The translations under genes were made by a program, and so were the position numbers. A DNA stretch of 64,000 nucleotides from Ginsengibacter sp. GTDB lineage: Bacteria > Bacteroidota > Bacteroidia > Chitinophagales > Chitinophagaceae. Every line of letters begins with the position of its first letter. The stretch's first letter is position 1. The stretch lies in the NCBI GenBank assembly GCA_039933035.1, contig JBDTOV010000002.1, forward strand, positions 12,329 to 76,328, given 5' to 3'. Positions 9,186 through 19,674 of the stretch are shown piece by piece. The notes under the pieces were generated by a model that was given only the letters and a program-made list of their open reading frames with translations, made no database searches and was not told the DNA's origin.

Positions 9186-11318
9186 TTAAAAGAATTTACT
9201 TCTGTAATCTTTAATTTTTGCCATTTTTTTCAACGCTGCGAAAGATTGCCCCATTGCAGATTGCAATCCCTGGCTCATTTCCGAACTTTGTTGCTGTTGT
9301 AGCATTGCCGGCGTAGCGGGGGCTTTAGCATCAACGCTGTTTACCTTTATAACAAAAACCCCTGTATTTCCTGCAATGGGTGGTGATACTTTTCCCTGGT
9401 AATCCTTATTGAAAGCCGCTCCTGCCACTTTAGATTCACTTCCTATGCCATTAATAATTTGTGCATCAAAAGTGAGCGTGGAGTCTGCGCCGGCATTTAA
9501 TACCTGCAGGTTATACACTTTGGCGGCAGCTTCCAGCGTAGATGGATTATTTAATTTCTTTTTTATTTCATCAGCCTTCTTTATATTCATTATCGCAGAC
9601 TCAACCATTGGTCGTGCCGTTGTTATATCCGGAACCCCTTCACTGATCTTTTTATCAACCACGGCAACTACAAATTCATCTTTCATTGAAAAAGGCTCAG
9701 ATACATCTCCTTCTTTTGCGTCAAAAGCCCATTTTACAATTTGCCGTGCATCCTGCAATCCGCCTAACTGAAAATCATTTTCTTTAATAACATTCGGCAC
9801 AGAAACTTCCTTTAACCCGTTTTGAGCAACGTACTTATCAAACGCCTGTTTATCCCGTGCCTGGCCGGAAAGCTTTGTCGCTGCGGAATTTGCATTGTTG
9901 ATGGTTTCATCGCTTGGCACTATTTCTTTTGCCATGTAGGCTATCTTATAAGCAGGTTCCAAATTCTTTTTGTCCAATAATTCAATATAATGCCAGCCAA
10001 ATTGTGTTTTCACAACTTTTTTAGTTTCGCCTTTTTCATTCAATAAAAAATCTCCGAATTCTTTTGCAAAATTATCTCCCTGAATTGTGGTAAGGTCAAA
10101 AGTCATGACACCTTTATCTTTGTCAGCTACCTTGTCGGTAGTATATTTTGCTTCCAAAGAGTCAAAACTGGCTCCACCTTTAATAGCTGCAGCGATGCTA
10201 TCCGCTAACCTGTGTGCAGTACTATCTGGCATTATAGGTTGATTAGTTTGCGGATCATTGGTTCCTAGCAAAATATGACGGCATTTAATACTATCAGGTA
10301 AAATTTTTGTTGAAGTTTTCTTCGCCAGAACGTAGTTTTTTCCATCAAGGTATGGCCCGAAAACCTCGCCATCCGGCATCGCAACAATAGAATCTTTAAA
10401 TGGCATCTGCATTTTGGACTTAGGCGTATAGCCATCGAAATAATTGATCGCGGAAGAATTCCTTGCTAAAAAAGAATTTGCATTTGTATCGGCGAGAAAC
10501 TTCGTCTTCAGCTCCCGAAGAGACTGCTCAATTGCCGCGCTGTCGTTACTGTTTGCTGCTGCACTAAAAGCTACATAGGAAATCTTTCTGCCCCCCTCTT
10601 GTTTAAATTTTAATTTATTTTTATCAAGGTAATTTTCAACATCATTATCAGTTACTTTAACTACACTATCGCTTACCATAGTATAGGGTACAGCAACATA
10701 AGAAATATTGGCAAAATTGTTTTTTTGTTCCTGCTGTTGTTTTGCGAGCCATTTGGGTATATAAATACTGGAGGCAATCATGGAAGTGTATTTAGTATAC
10801 AAACTATTGAGGCGCATTGGCTCGATTACCTGGGAATTAATGGCGCTTCTTTGTTCGTCACTTTTTGATTTCTTAGCCTGGGCCCACCACTGCTGGGCTT
10901 TCTCAATATCATATTGGCCGGTTTCTTTATTAGTAAATGCCTGTTTTAATTGCTGCGGTGCATCTTCACTAAACATTATAGAACTCATCTCCTTAGGTGT
11001 GAAAGTAATACCGAGGTCATTAAATTGTTGGGTAACTATTTTTTCGGCAACCATTTGATCCCAGATTGACTGTCTTATCTGGTCTGTTTGAGACGAACCA
11101 TTAGGATATTGCTGTTCCGCTTCCTTTACTTTTGCATTGAAGTCGGGCATTTCAATCTCATTTCCGTTTACGCTACCCAGTGTTGTAGTGTTTCCGCCGC
11201 CAAATAATTTTCCGGTACCGCTCCTGGAATCCATTAATATAAATCCGATGAGGCTTAACGCAATGATTGCAATCACTATTACAGCACCTTTCTCACGTAT
11301 TGTCTGAATTATTGACAT
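9186..11318 (-). CDS. Periplasmic chaperone / peptidyl-prolyl isomerase (PpiD/SurA-like)
   Basis: N-terminal TM anchor (MSIIQTIREKGAVIVIAIIALSLIGFIL), SurA_N-like region and a parvulin-type segment (CRHILL...FGWHYIEL). The start was moved to ATG 11318. Confidence 0.8.
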   Translation of the reverse strand: MSIIQTIREKGAVIVIAIIALSLIGFILMDSRSGTGKLFGGGNTTTLGSVNGNEIEMPDFNAKVKEAEQQYPNGSSQTDQIRQSIWDQMVAEKIVTQQFNDLGITFTPKEMSSIMFSEDAPQQLKQAFTNKETGQYDIEKAQQWWAQAKKSKSDEQRSAINSQVIEPMRLNSLYTKYTSMIASSIYIPKWLAKQQQEQKNNFANISYVAVPYTMVSDSVVKVTDNDVENYLDKNKLKFKQEGGRKISYVAFSAAANSNDSAAIEQSLRELKTKFLADTNANSFLARNSSAINYFDGYTPKSKMQMPFKDSIVAMPDGEVFGPYLDGKNYVLAKKTSTKILPDSIKCRHILLGTNDPQTNQPIMPDSTAHRLADSIAAAIKGGASFDSLEAKYTTDKVADKDKGVMTFDLTTIQGDNFAKEFGDFLLNEKGETKKVVKTQFGWHYIELLDKKNLEPAYKIAYMAKEIVPSDETINNANSAATKLSGQARDKQAFDKYVAQNGLKEVSVPNVIKENDFQLGGLQDARQIVKWAFDAKEGDVSEPFSMKDEFVVAVVDKKISEGVPDITTARPMVESAIMNIKKADEIKKKLNNPSTLEAAAKVYNLQVLNAGADSTLTFDAQIINGIGSESKVAGAAFNKDYQGKVSPPIAGNTGVFVIKVNSVDAKAPATPAMLQQQQSSEMSQGLQSAMGQSFAALKKMAKIKDYRSKFF

Positions 11319-11380
11319 AATTGTTGTTCTCTTATTTAAAATGGACGGCAAAAATAGTGTAATTTAAGATAGGAACAAAC

Positions 11381-11799
11381 TGTGGAAAACTCATATAAAA
11401 TAGCGTTGGCAAGACATTCGGTTATAATAAAACCTTTTAATTTTTGCGATAAAGACCATCTTCTATTTTTATTCACACAGTGGTGTGGGCAATTTACCTA
11501 ACCTGTTAATAAGCCCGCTTTTCTTAAATAAAAATCTTTATAAGACTTTGTAAAAAGGGAGTTTTTTTGGCAAAATAGGATTGTTGAAGAAAAATAGACA
11601 AATTCTGCATATTCCATTCACAAAAATTTTCAGAAAATGATTCATAATTTTTTCCTCAATTTTTTTTATCTACCTATGTTTATAACATATCATTTACATA
11701 ACACCAGTTGTCATATAGGTATGTTAAGTAATTGTGGAAACCCGTGGATAAAAAGGATGTTTTAATTTTGTATCAAATATAAAACGGGTACTATCCACA
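11381..11799. promoter_or_regulatory. DnaA-box cluster with AT-rich tract (candidate oriC or DnaA-controlled region)
   Basis: Four 9-mers lie within 1 mismatch of TTATCCACA: 11381-11389 (rc TTTTCCACA), 11469-11477 (TTATTCACA), 11743-11751 (rc TTATCCACG) and 11791-11799 (CTATCCACA). Two 2-mismatch copies sit at 11484-11492 and 11733-11741. A strongly AT-rich stretch spans about 11590-11700. Confidence 0.5.
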
Positions 11800-11858
11800 A
11801 ATTAACATACATAATAGTAATAGGCTATTAAATAAATAATGTATTAATATTAAATACT

Positions 11859-12869
11859 ATGGCAGATATACACATTGAAGCGGCACTCAATAATTTAGAA
11901 AAAAAAGGTTTCCTTGATATTGATATTGACGTTAACTTAGACCTCTTTGCTGAAATTGAACGTTTAAAAAAGGAAAAAAATGCTATCATACTTGCTCACT
12001 ATTACCAGGAACCCGATATTCAGGACGTTGCAGATTTTATTGGCGATAGCCTTGGTCTTGCACAAAAAGCGCAGTCTACCGATGCTGATATAATCGTGTT
12101 TGCAGGCGTGCATTTTATGGCTGAAACTGCCAAGATATTGAATCCGCATAAAAAAGTGCTACTGCCTGATTTAAAAGCGGGTTGTTCACTTGCCGATTCA
12201 GCACCGGCACATCTTTTTAAACAATTTAGAGATAAATATCCTGATCACATAGTAATTACTTACATCAATTGTTCAGCAGGCATGAAGGCGCTGAGCGATG
12301 TTATCTGCACCTCATCCAATGCTGAAGCGATTATAAATAGTTTTCCAAAAGAGCAAAAAATAATTTTTGCACCGGATAAAAATTTAGGAGCGTATCTAAT
12401 AAAAGAAACCGGGAGGGATATGGTGCTTTGGAATGGAGCGTGTATTGTCCATGAAATTTTTAGTCTTGAAAAAATAACCAAACTTAAAATAAGGCATCCT
12501 AAAGCAAAGGTGATTGCGCACCCTGAATGCGAAGAGCCGGTATTACGGGTGGCAGATTTCATAGGAAGCACTACGTCACTTTTAAATTATACGATTAAAA
12601 ATGATGCACAGGAATTTATTGTTGCTACTGAAACCGGAATTCTTCACCAGATGCAGATACAGGCACCTGACAAAACATTTATTCCCGCGCCGCCGGATAA
12701 TATGTGCGCTTGTAACGATTGTCCTTATATGAAATTGAATACCCTCGAGAAACTGTATTTATGTATGGCATACGAAGAACCTCAAATAATGATGAATGAA
12801 CAATTATTAATAGCTTCTAAAAAACCTATTGAGAAAATGCTTGAAATAAGCCAAAGGTTTGGGTTATAA
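11859..12869 (+). CDS. nadA: Quinolinate synthase
   Basis: 336 aa. [16 protein letters not shown] and C-terminal cluster-ligand region [10 protein letters not shown]. Confidence 0.93.
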   Translation: MADIHIEAALNNLEKKGFLDIDIDVNLDLFAEIERLKKEKNAIILAHYYQEPDIQDVADFIGDSLGLAQKAQSTDADIIVFAGVHFMAETAKILNPHKKVLLPDLKAGCSLADSAPAHLFKQFRDKYPDHIVITYINCSAGMKALSDVICTSSNAEAIINSFPKEQKIIFAPDKNLGAYLIKETGRDMVLWNGACIVHEIFSLEKITKLKIRHPKAKVIAHPECEEPVLRVADFIGSTTSLLNYTIKNDAQEFIVATETGILHQMQIQAPDKTFIPAPPDNMCACNDCPYMKLNTLEKLYLCMAYEEPQIMMNEQLLIASKKPIEKMLEISQRFGL

Positions 12870-12944
12870 TATTTTCCATTCACATTTTAGATTTGATAGA
12901 TTTGATAGCTTCTAAATGTTTTTGCAGGGTGGGCAATGAATTAG

Positions 12945-13469
12945 TTATAAATTTTTAAAATCGTTATCATCAACATTATTTTCTGCTTCTTTAAAGGCAT
13001 CAATATCTTTTTTGTGGTTATCCACCATCATATTTACATAGGCTTTATCGAAATCATCTCCCGATTTTTTACTTAGCTTATCCATATCTTTTCTTTGATC
13101 ATCTGTTATGGTGGTTGGCAAATCCATATTTTTTTTTGAAGCCATAGTTTTCAGATCGTCGTTAAGTTTCATATGATCACCGACCATCATTTTACCAATA
13201 TCTTTTACCTGTTGGCCCGTAGCTTTTTGTTCAGCTAGTTTACCCAGCTCTACTTCCATCAGGCCAACTGTAGCTGCTTCTGAGGCGAAGTCTTTGGTAC
13301 TTTGGTCTACCAATGTTGTTCCCACATTATTAGTCATTGTATCAGCCTGCGAATTTATGGTTACAGAATCATTTGTAGAAGTCTCCGTTGTTTATGAATT
13401 GTTTTCATTGCAGGCATAAAAAAAGGTAATCCCTGAAAACAGGGAAACTGCTATAAATAGTTTTTTCAT
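12945..13469 (-). pseudogene. DUF4142-family lipoprotein gene interrupted by an in-frame TAA
   Basis: Minus-strand ATG at 13469 encodes MKKLFIAVSLFSGITFFYACNENNS, a lipoprotein signal peptide. A TAA follows at 13394-13392. The same frame then continues TTETSTNDSVTINSQADT into the 130-aa ORF with the DUF4142 pattern (EVELGKLA...GDH...DKAYV..MV.DHKK). Confidence 0.7.
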
Positions 13470-13686
13470 TATTAGTAATTTTTTCCATTATTAAAATAGT
13501 GTGCAACTGATTTAAACAAAATCCATTCCATGACCTATACATCAAAATGTATTTTATGTAAGGGGTTTAGTAAATGTTTTGATGATTATTTTCATCTACT
13601 TGAGAACAATATGCACCACCTTGAACACTTTTTCCCGGAATGGGAAAAACTATTATTTGTTACGGTTAATTTATAAAGAAAAGCGA

Positions 13687-14859
13687 TTAATTATTAAAAA
13701 GTGACAGCCTTTTTACGGCTTCTTCAAGAGTGCTTTCATTTTTTGAAAAACAAAATCTTAAAACGTGATCTTCTTTTTTACTTTGATAAAATGCAGATAC
13801 CGGGATAGTTACGACACCAGCTTCTTTTGTAAGAAGAATAGCAAAATCATTTTCACTTTCATTACTTATTCCTGAATAATTATATAACTGGAAATAGCTT
13901 CCAAAAGAAGGAATCGGCTTAAACTTAGTATGCAGCATTAATTGCTGTAAGTAGTTTCTCTTACTTTGAAAAAAGCTTCCTAACTCCAGATAAACTTTTT
14001 CGTCTTTTAGGTAATCGGCGAGTGCAAATTGAACCGGGCTGTTGCAACTAAAGCAATTAAACTGGTGCACTTTTCTAAATTCTTCCATCAGCTCCGGGGG
14101 AGCTATGCAATAGCCAATTTTCCAGCCAGTGCAATTATATACTTTGCCAAAAGAGAAGGAAACGAAACTGCGTTTAAAAAGCTCCGGGTATTTCAAAATA
14201 CTTTCGTGCTGTATTCCATCAAAAATAATATGCTCATATACTTCATCACTTAGGATCAAAATATCCGTTCCTGTTACAATGTTGCTGAGCTGTTCCATAT
14301 CATTTTTATCCAATACGCTTCCGGTGGGGTTGTGCGGCGAATTGATCATGATCATCCTAGTAGCCGGGGTAATATTTTCTCTTACCAAGTCCCAGTCTAT
14401 CCTGTAACAGTCGAAAGTATTACCCGGATAGGTAAGCGGAAGGAGGATTGGTTTCGCCCCGTTAATCTCGATGTTAGGTACATAACTGTCATAAGCCGGC
14501 TCAAAAACAATTACCTCATCTCCGGGTCTCAGAACCGAAGTAAGCGCGGTGTAAATAGCGTATGTTCCGCCGGGAGTTATGGTAATTTCAGCTCCGGGAT
14601 CAATTTTATTTTTGTATAAAAAACCAATTTTGTCTGAAATACTTTCCCGGAGTGACAACAAACCGTTCATGTGTACATATTGATTGTGCCCGTCCTTCAT
14701 TGCTTTATGAACAAGTTCTATTAGTTTGCCACTCATTTCAAAATCCGGGAATCCCTGGCCGAGGTTGATGGCATCGTATTGTATGGCCAACGAACTCATT
14801 ACAGAAAAAATGGTTTGGCCTGTATTGGGCAGTTTACTTTTAATAGAAAGACTATTCAA
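13687..14859 (-). CDS. PLP-dependent aminotransferase, class I/II (YbdL/methionine aminotransferase-like)
   Basis: 390 aa. INSPHNPTGS motif and PLP-lysine context SFSFGKVYNCTGWKIGY. Confidence 0.85.
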   Translation of the reverse strand: MNSLSIKSKLPNTGQTIFSVMSSLAIQYDAINLGQGFPDFEMSGKLIELVHKAMKDGHNQYVHMNGLLSLRESISDKIGFLYKNKIDPGAEITITPGGTYAIYTALTSVLRPGDEVIVFEPAYDSYVPNIEINGAKPILLPLTYPGNTFDCYRIDWDLVRENITPATRMIMINSPHNPTGSVLDKNDMEQLSNIVTGTDILILSDEVYEHIIFDGIQHESILKYPELFKRSFVSFSFGKVYNCTGWKIGYCIAPPELMEEFRKVHQFNCFSCNSPVQFALADYLKDEKVYLELGSFFQSKRNYLQQLMLHTKFKPIPSFGSYFQLYNYSGISNESENDFAILLTKEAGVVTIPVSAFYQSKKEDHVLRFCFSKNESTLEEAVKRLSLFNN

Positions 14860-14894
14860 AAAGAAAGTATATTTTGATGAATGTTAGTAAAAAT

Positions 14895-15983
14895 TTACAG
14901 GTACTTATCTCCCTTATTTTTCTTTACTTCGGCCAGGTATTTCTTTATATCCTGTTCTTTATCCTTCTTACAAACCATCAGCACATCTTTGGTATCAACC
15001 ACAATGAAATCGTCGAGGCCTTGTAATAATATCAATTTATTATTTTGAGAATGCACGACATTAGTTGTTGACTCTATTAATATTATGTTGTCACCGGCCA
15101 GGGCATTGCCTGTGGCATCTTTTGAAAGATTTTCGTAAGCGCTTCCCCAGGTTCCGAGGTCACTCCAGCCAAAAGCAGAAGGGATCACATATACATTATC
15201 TGCCTTCTCTAATATTCCGTAATCAATTGAAATATTTACACAAAGAGGGTAGATCAATTCTATCGCGTCTTTTTCTTTTTCGCCGCCGGCAGCCAATTCT
15301 TTTTTTACGCCATCAAAAACTTCATGCATTTCAGGAAGGTATTTTTCGAAAGCCTTAATGATACTTTTGGTACGCCAGGCGAAAATGCCGGCATTCCATA
15401 AGAAATCACCACTAATGATAAACTTTTTTGCCAGCTCTGCATCCGGCTTTTCTGTAAAAGTTTTTACTTTATAAACATTGTCACTAACCGTTTCTATGTC
15501 ATGTTGTATATAACCGTATCCGGTGTTGGCAAAAAGAGGTTTGATCCCCAATGTAATGAGGGCGTTGTTTTTTTCAGTAAACTCAAGCGCTTCAAAACAG
15601 ACTTTTCTAAAAGCGGGTTCATCAAGTATCAAATGGTCTGCCGGTGCACAAATCAAATTACTTTTTGGATTAAGCTGGTGCAGTTTATAAGAAATATAAG
15701 CTACACAGGGAGCTGTGTTTTTTCGGGAAGGTTCACACAGAATATTTCCTGCTGGTAATTGCGGTAATTGTTCTGCAACAATTTCCCTGTATTGGGCAGA
15801 GGTTACTATATAAATATTTTCATGGGGTATAAATTGAGCAAAGCGATCATAGGTTGCCTGTATCAAAGTTCTTCCCAGGTTCAATATGTCCAGGAATTGT
15901 TTTGGATAACCCAAACGACTAATCGGCCAGAAACGACTTCCGATACCTCCGGCCATGATGGCCACATAATTATTTTCATTCAT
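14895..15983 (-). CDS. Mannose-1-phosphate guanylyltransferase (no C-terminal cupin/PMI domain)
   Basis: 362 aa. Nucleotidyltransferase loop MAGGIGSRFWPISR. The length and C-terminus show only the GMP domain. Confidence 0.85.
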   Translation of the reverse strand: MNENNYVAIMAGGIGSRFWPISRLGYPKQFLDILNLGRTLIQATYDRFAQFIPHENIYIVTSAQYREIVAEQLPQLPAGNILCEPSRKNTAPCVAYISYKLHQLNPKSNLICAPADHLILDEPAFRKVCFEALEFTEKNNALITLGIKPLFANTGYGYIQHDIETVSDNVYKVKTFTEKPDAELAKKFIISGDFLWNAGIFAWRTKSIIKAFEKYLPEMHEVFDGVKKELAAGGEKEKDAIELIYPLCVNISIDYGILEKADNVYVIPSAFGWSDLGTWGSAYENLSKDATGNALAGDNIILIESTTNVVHSQNNKLILLQGLDDFIVVDTKDVLMVCKKDKEQDIKKYLAEVKKNKGDKYL

Positions 15984-15994
15984 AGTGTATAATA

Positions 15995-16957
15995 TTAAAT
16001 AATTCCTTCCCGAACAAGGTCGTGCAAATGTACAATACCTGCATATCTGTTATTGTCCGTTACAACTAATTGGGTGATGTTTTTTTTTCTCATAAGAACA
16101 AGGGCGTCCACAGCAAGTTCACTGCTTTCAATAGATTTTGGATGTAAGGTCATGATATCTTTAGCCCTGACCAGTGCGGGTGAAAGATCCTTTTCCAGCA
16201 TCCTCCTTAAATCTCCATCTGTTATTATACCTAAAATATGCTCATCCATATCTAAAATAACGGTAGCGCCTAATCGCTTTTTCGTGATTTCCATTATCAC
16301 TTCTTTCAAAAGGCTATCCGCTTTTACCGCTGGTTTTTCATTGTTAATAATAAGGTCGCTGACCCGCAGGTAGAGTTTTTTACCTAAGGTACCTCCCGGG
16401 TGAAATTTAGCAAAATCTTCCGAGTCAAATCCTTTTATTTCCATAAGGCTAATTGCGATGGCATCACCCATTACCATCTGAGCGGTCGTACTGCTCGTGG
16501 GTGCAAGGTTATTGGGACACGCTTCCTCAGTAACGGTTGTATTTAAAGTTACGTCGGCGCTTTTGGCAAGAAAACTCAGCATATTGCCACACATTGCTAT
16601 AATAATATTTTTAAAATTCTTAATAATCGGCACCAGAATTTTTATTTCAGGACTGTCGCCGCTTTTACTAATGATCATTACCACATCATGTTGTTGTACC
16701 ACACCAATATCTCCATGAATCGCATCTGCAGCATGCAAAAAAACGGAAGGCGTTCCGGTACTGTTGAGTGTCGCAACAATTTTTTGTGCTATAATAGCGC
16801 TCTTGCCAATTCCACTTACTATGAGGCGGCCATTGCAGTTAGAGATAATCGTTACAGCTTTTTCAAAATCTTCATTTATTAAATCCGAAAGTTCTTTTAT
16901 GGAGCGGGCTTCCAGTTCAATTGTTTTTTTTGCAGTGGCAATAATATTATTTTTCAT
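15995..16957 (-). CDS. kpsF: Arabinose-5-phosphate isomerase (KpsF/GutQ family; SIS plus tandem CBS)
   Basis: 320 aa. SIS motif VSGIGKSAIIAQKIVATLNSTGTPS and C-terminal CBS pair. Confidence 0.9.
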   Translation of the reverse strand: MKNNIIATAKKTIELEARSIKELSDLINEDFEKAVTIISNCNGRLIVSGIGKSAIIAQKIVATLNSTGTPSVFLHAADAIHGDIGVVQQHDVVMIISKSGDSPEIKILVPIIKNFKNIIIAMCGNMLSFLAKSADVTLNTTVTEEACPNNLAPTSSTTAQMVMGDAIAISLMEIKGFDSEDFAKFHPGGTLGKKLYLRVSDLIINNEKPAVKADSLLKEVIMEITKKRLGATVILDMDEHILGIITDGDLRRMLEKDLSPALVRAKDIMTLHPKSIESSELAVDALVLMRKKNITQLVVTDNNRYAGIVHLHDLVREGII

Positions 16958-17217
16958 GCAGAACGGGGGTGAAAAGAGTTTACTATTTTGTGGCGACTTC
17001 CATTATAACCGGGCCTAAAAAGTAAGCAAACCTCCTGAAATAGGTGGTTACGCCAAAGTAACAGATTATCACGGCTATCATAATTATTCGTACCTTAACA
17101 ACAATAATTTACACAAAGAAAGGTTATAATATCAGAATCATAATTGGATACCTGATTTTAAAAACCATTTGAATTAACTTTGAAATCCTTAAAACTCAGT
17201 GCGGACGAAAAAAAGCC

Positions 17218-19485
17218 ATGCCTACAACTAAACTAAAAACCAAGAGAAATCCTGTAAAACCATCCTTTAAGATTAAAGCGGAGAATCCAAGAGAAAAAGA
17301 AACACTTACCACACAACTCCAACAAAACTTTGGTTTTGATGCCTTTAAAGAGCCACAGGAAGAAATTATCAGCAATCTTTTAGCGGGGAGAGACACTTTC
17401 GTAATCATGCCTACAGGTGGGGGAAAGAGTCTTTGTTACCAATTGCCGGCAATAGTGAGCAAGGGTTGCGCTATTATTGTATCGCCACTTATTGCTCTTA
17501 TGAAAAACCAGGTTGACCTGGTCAGGGGTTACAGCAGTACAGATAACATTGCTCATTTTTTAAACAGCTCTTTAAATAAGGGGCAACAAAAAATAGTTAA
17601 AGACGATCTTATATCTGGTAAAACAAAAATGTTGTATGTAGCCCCGGAAACGCTTACTAAGGAAGAAAATGTAGAATTTTTCAAAGATCTTGACATTTCT
17701 TTTTTCGCAGTAGATGAAGCGCATTGCATCAGCGAATGGGGACATGATTTCCGACCAGAATATAGAAGGCTACGGGAAATAATGGACCAGATTAATGAGA
17801 AGATCCCGGTAATCGCTTTAACGGCCACGGCGACGCCAAAGGTGCAAAGCGATATTGTAAAAAACCTGGGATTACGGGATCCTAAAATATTTATTTCTTC
17901 TTTTAACAGGTCTAATCTTTATTACGAGGTGTTGCCTAAGTTGAATAAGGAACAGACGGTAAAAAGTATTGTAAAATTTATTTCCCAAAACAAAGGAAAA
18001 AGCGGCATCATATATACGCTCAACCGTAAGACTACAGAGGAACTTGCCCAAATGCTCATGGCAAATGGTATAAAAGCAGTTGCTTATCATGCCGGTTTAG
18101 ATTCCAAGTTAAGATCAAGAAGACAAGATGAATTTTTAGGAGAAGAAGTACAGGTTATTGTTGCTACGGTTGCGTTCGGAATGGGAATAGATAAGCCTGA
18201 TGTGCGGTTTGTAATTCATTATAATATCCCTAAATCAATTGAGAATTATTACCAGGAAACAGGTCGTGCAGGTCGCGATGGGTTGGAAGGTAAATGTATA
18301 TTGTATTATTCGCATAAGGATGTATCGAAATTAGAGCATTTAATGCGTGATAAATCTTTAACGGAAAGGGAAATGGGTGCGCAGTTAATTAATGAAACTG
18401 TTGCCTATTCCGAAAGTGCTGTGTGCCGTAGAAAGAATTTGCTTAATTACTTTGGAGAGGCGTATGATAGCGATAACTGTGGAGGAAAGTGTGACAACTG
18501 TAAAAATCCAAAAGAATTGCATGAGGCAAAAGCCGAAACGTTGCTTGCATTAAAGGCAATACGGGCATTGGATGAGCGCTTTCCTATTACTTACATGATC
18601 GCCATTATTTTGGGAAAACCTAATCCCCAAATAAAAATGTACCGGCATGATGAACTGCCCGTGTTTGGAACAGGTAAAAATAAAGATGAACATTTCTGGA
18701 ATTCATTGTTAAGGCAAATGTTGGTTGAAAATATTATTCAAAAGGATATAGAAGACTACGGCGTTTTAAAACTTTCTAAAAAGGGGGAGGTTTTTTTAAA
18801 GAAACCTACAACCTTCAAAATTGTGCTGAACCACATTTTTGAAGATACAGGTGATGAAGATGAAGAGACAACTGAAGCGGAAACTATTGCAACAGATGAT
18901 AAGCTTTTTGAATTATTGAAATCGCTTCGCCAACAAGAGGCGAAAAAAAGAGGCCTGCCCCCCTTCGTTATTTTTCTGGAAAACAGCTTGTTGGACATGG
19001 CAACTTTATATCCAACCACTTTGAAGGAATTGGAGAAATGCCAGGGGGTAAGTGTAGGAAAGGCCATGAAATTTGGAAAGCCATTTGTAAATCTTATTGA
19101 AAAATATGTTGATGAAAATGATATAGAAAAACCTGATGACTTTGTGATGAAAAGCGTGGTGAATAAAAACAGTAATAAAGTTTTTATTATTCAGAATGTA
19201 GATAAAAAGATGCCACTGGAAACTATTGCAAAAAATAAAACATTGAAGCTGGAAGAATTGTTGGAAGAAATGGAAACCATTGTGGCAAGTGGCACCAAGC
19301 TCAATCTTGATTATGCGATTGAGGATTTGGTGGAAGAATACGAGCGGGAAGAAATTATTGATTATTTTAAGGGATGCCAGACATCAAGTCTTGATATAGC
19401 CCGGGAAGAACTTGCTGACGGAAATTATACGCTGGAACAATTAAAAATTATGCGTATAAAGTTTCTTTGCGAGTATGGAAATTAA
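17218..19485 (+). CDS. recQ: ATP-dependent DNA helicase RecQ
   Basis: 755 aa. Walker A MPTGGGKSLCYQLPA, DEAH box VDEAHCISEWGHDFRPEY, RecQ zinc-binding Cys cluster, HRDC-like segment LFELLKSLRQQEAKKRGLPPFVIF, and a C-terminal extension. Confidence 0.93.
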   Translation: MPTTKLKTKRNPVKPSFKIKAENPREKETLTTQLQQNFGFDAFKEPQEEIISNLLAGRDTFVIMPTGGGKSLCYQLPAIVSKGCAIIVSPLIALMKNQVDLVRGYSSTDNIAHFLNSSLNKGQQKIVKDDLISGKTKMLYVAPETLTKEENVEFFKDLDISFFAVDEAHCISEWGHDFRPEYRRLREIMDQINEKIPVIALTATATPKVQSDIVKNLGLRDPKIFISSFNRSNLYYEVLPKLNKEQTVKSIVKFISQNKGKSGIIYTLNRKTTEELAQMLMANGIKAVAYHAGLDSKLRSRRQDEFLGEEVQVIVATVAFGMGIDKPDVRFVIHYNIPKSIENYYQETGRAGRDGLEGKCILYYSHKDVSKLEHLMRDKSLTEREMGAQLINETVAYSESAVCRRKNLLNYFGEAYDSDNCGGKCDNCKNPKELHEAKAETLLALKAIRALDERFPITYMIAIILGKPNPQIKMYRHDELPVFGTGKNKDEHFWNSLLRQMLVENIIQKDIEDYGVLKLSKKGEVFLKKPTTFKIVLNHIFEDTGDEDEETTEAETIATDDKLFELLKSLRQQEAKKRGLPPFVIFLENSLLDMATLYPTTLKELEKCQGVSVGKAMKFGKPFVNLIEKYVDENDIEKPDDFVMKSVVNKNSNKVFIIQNVDKKMPLETIAKNKTLKLEELLEEMETIVASGTKLNLDYAIEDLVEEYEREEIIDYFKGCQTSSLDIAREELADGNYTLEQLKIMRIKFLCEYGN

Positions 19486-19550
19486 TTTGATCAAACCTGC
19501 TTTCAATTTTTTAAGAGAAAAATTGAATTTGTATTTCAGGTGAATAATTC

Positions 19551-19558
19551 TATTTTTG
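19551..19558 (+). promoter_or_regulatory. -7 box (TAnnTTTG) for tRNA-Phe
   Basis: TATTTTTG ends 9 nt before the first tRNA nucleotide. Confidence 0.4.
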
Positions 19559-19567
19559 CCGCCCACC

Positions 19568-19640
19568 GGTGCGGTAGCTCAGTCGGTAGAGCAAAGGACT
19601 GAAAATCCTTGTGTCGGCGGTTCGATCCCGCCCCACACCA
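19568..19640 (+). tRNA. tRNA-Phe (anticodon GAA)
   Basis: Hand-folded cloverleaf. Acceptor stem GGTGCGG/CCACACC has one C-A mismatch. D arm GCTC-AGTCGGTA-GAGC, anticodon arm AAGGA-CTGAAAA-TCCTT, T arm GGCGG-TTCGATC-CCGCC, discriminator A. No CCA is encoded. Confidence 0.92.
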
Positions 19641-19642
19641 CT

Positions 19643-19670
19643 AAACCCCCTTAATCGGGGTTTCTTCATT
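19643..19670 (+). terminator. Hairpin and U-rich tail after tRNA-Phe
   Basis: AAACCCC-CTTAATC-GGGGTTT (7-bp stem) followed by CTTCATTTT. Confidence 0.5.
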
Positions 19671-19674
19671 TTAG

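Noticed and set aside
13631-13649. TTTTCCC-GGAAT-GGGAAAA hairpin downstream of the aminotransferase gene, considered as a terminator.
   Set aside because: The U-rich run is part of the stem and no U-tract follows it on the relevant minus strand, so the evidence is too weak to call.
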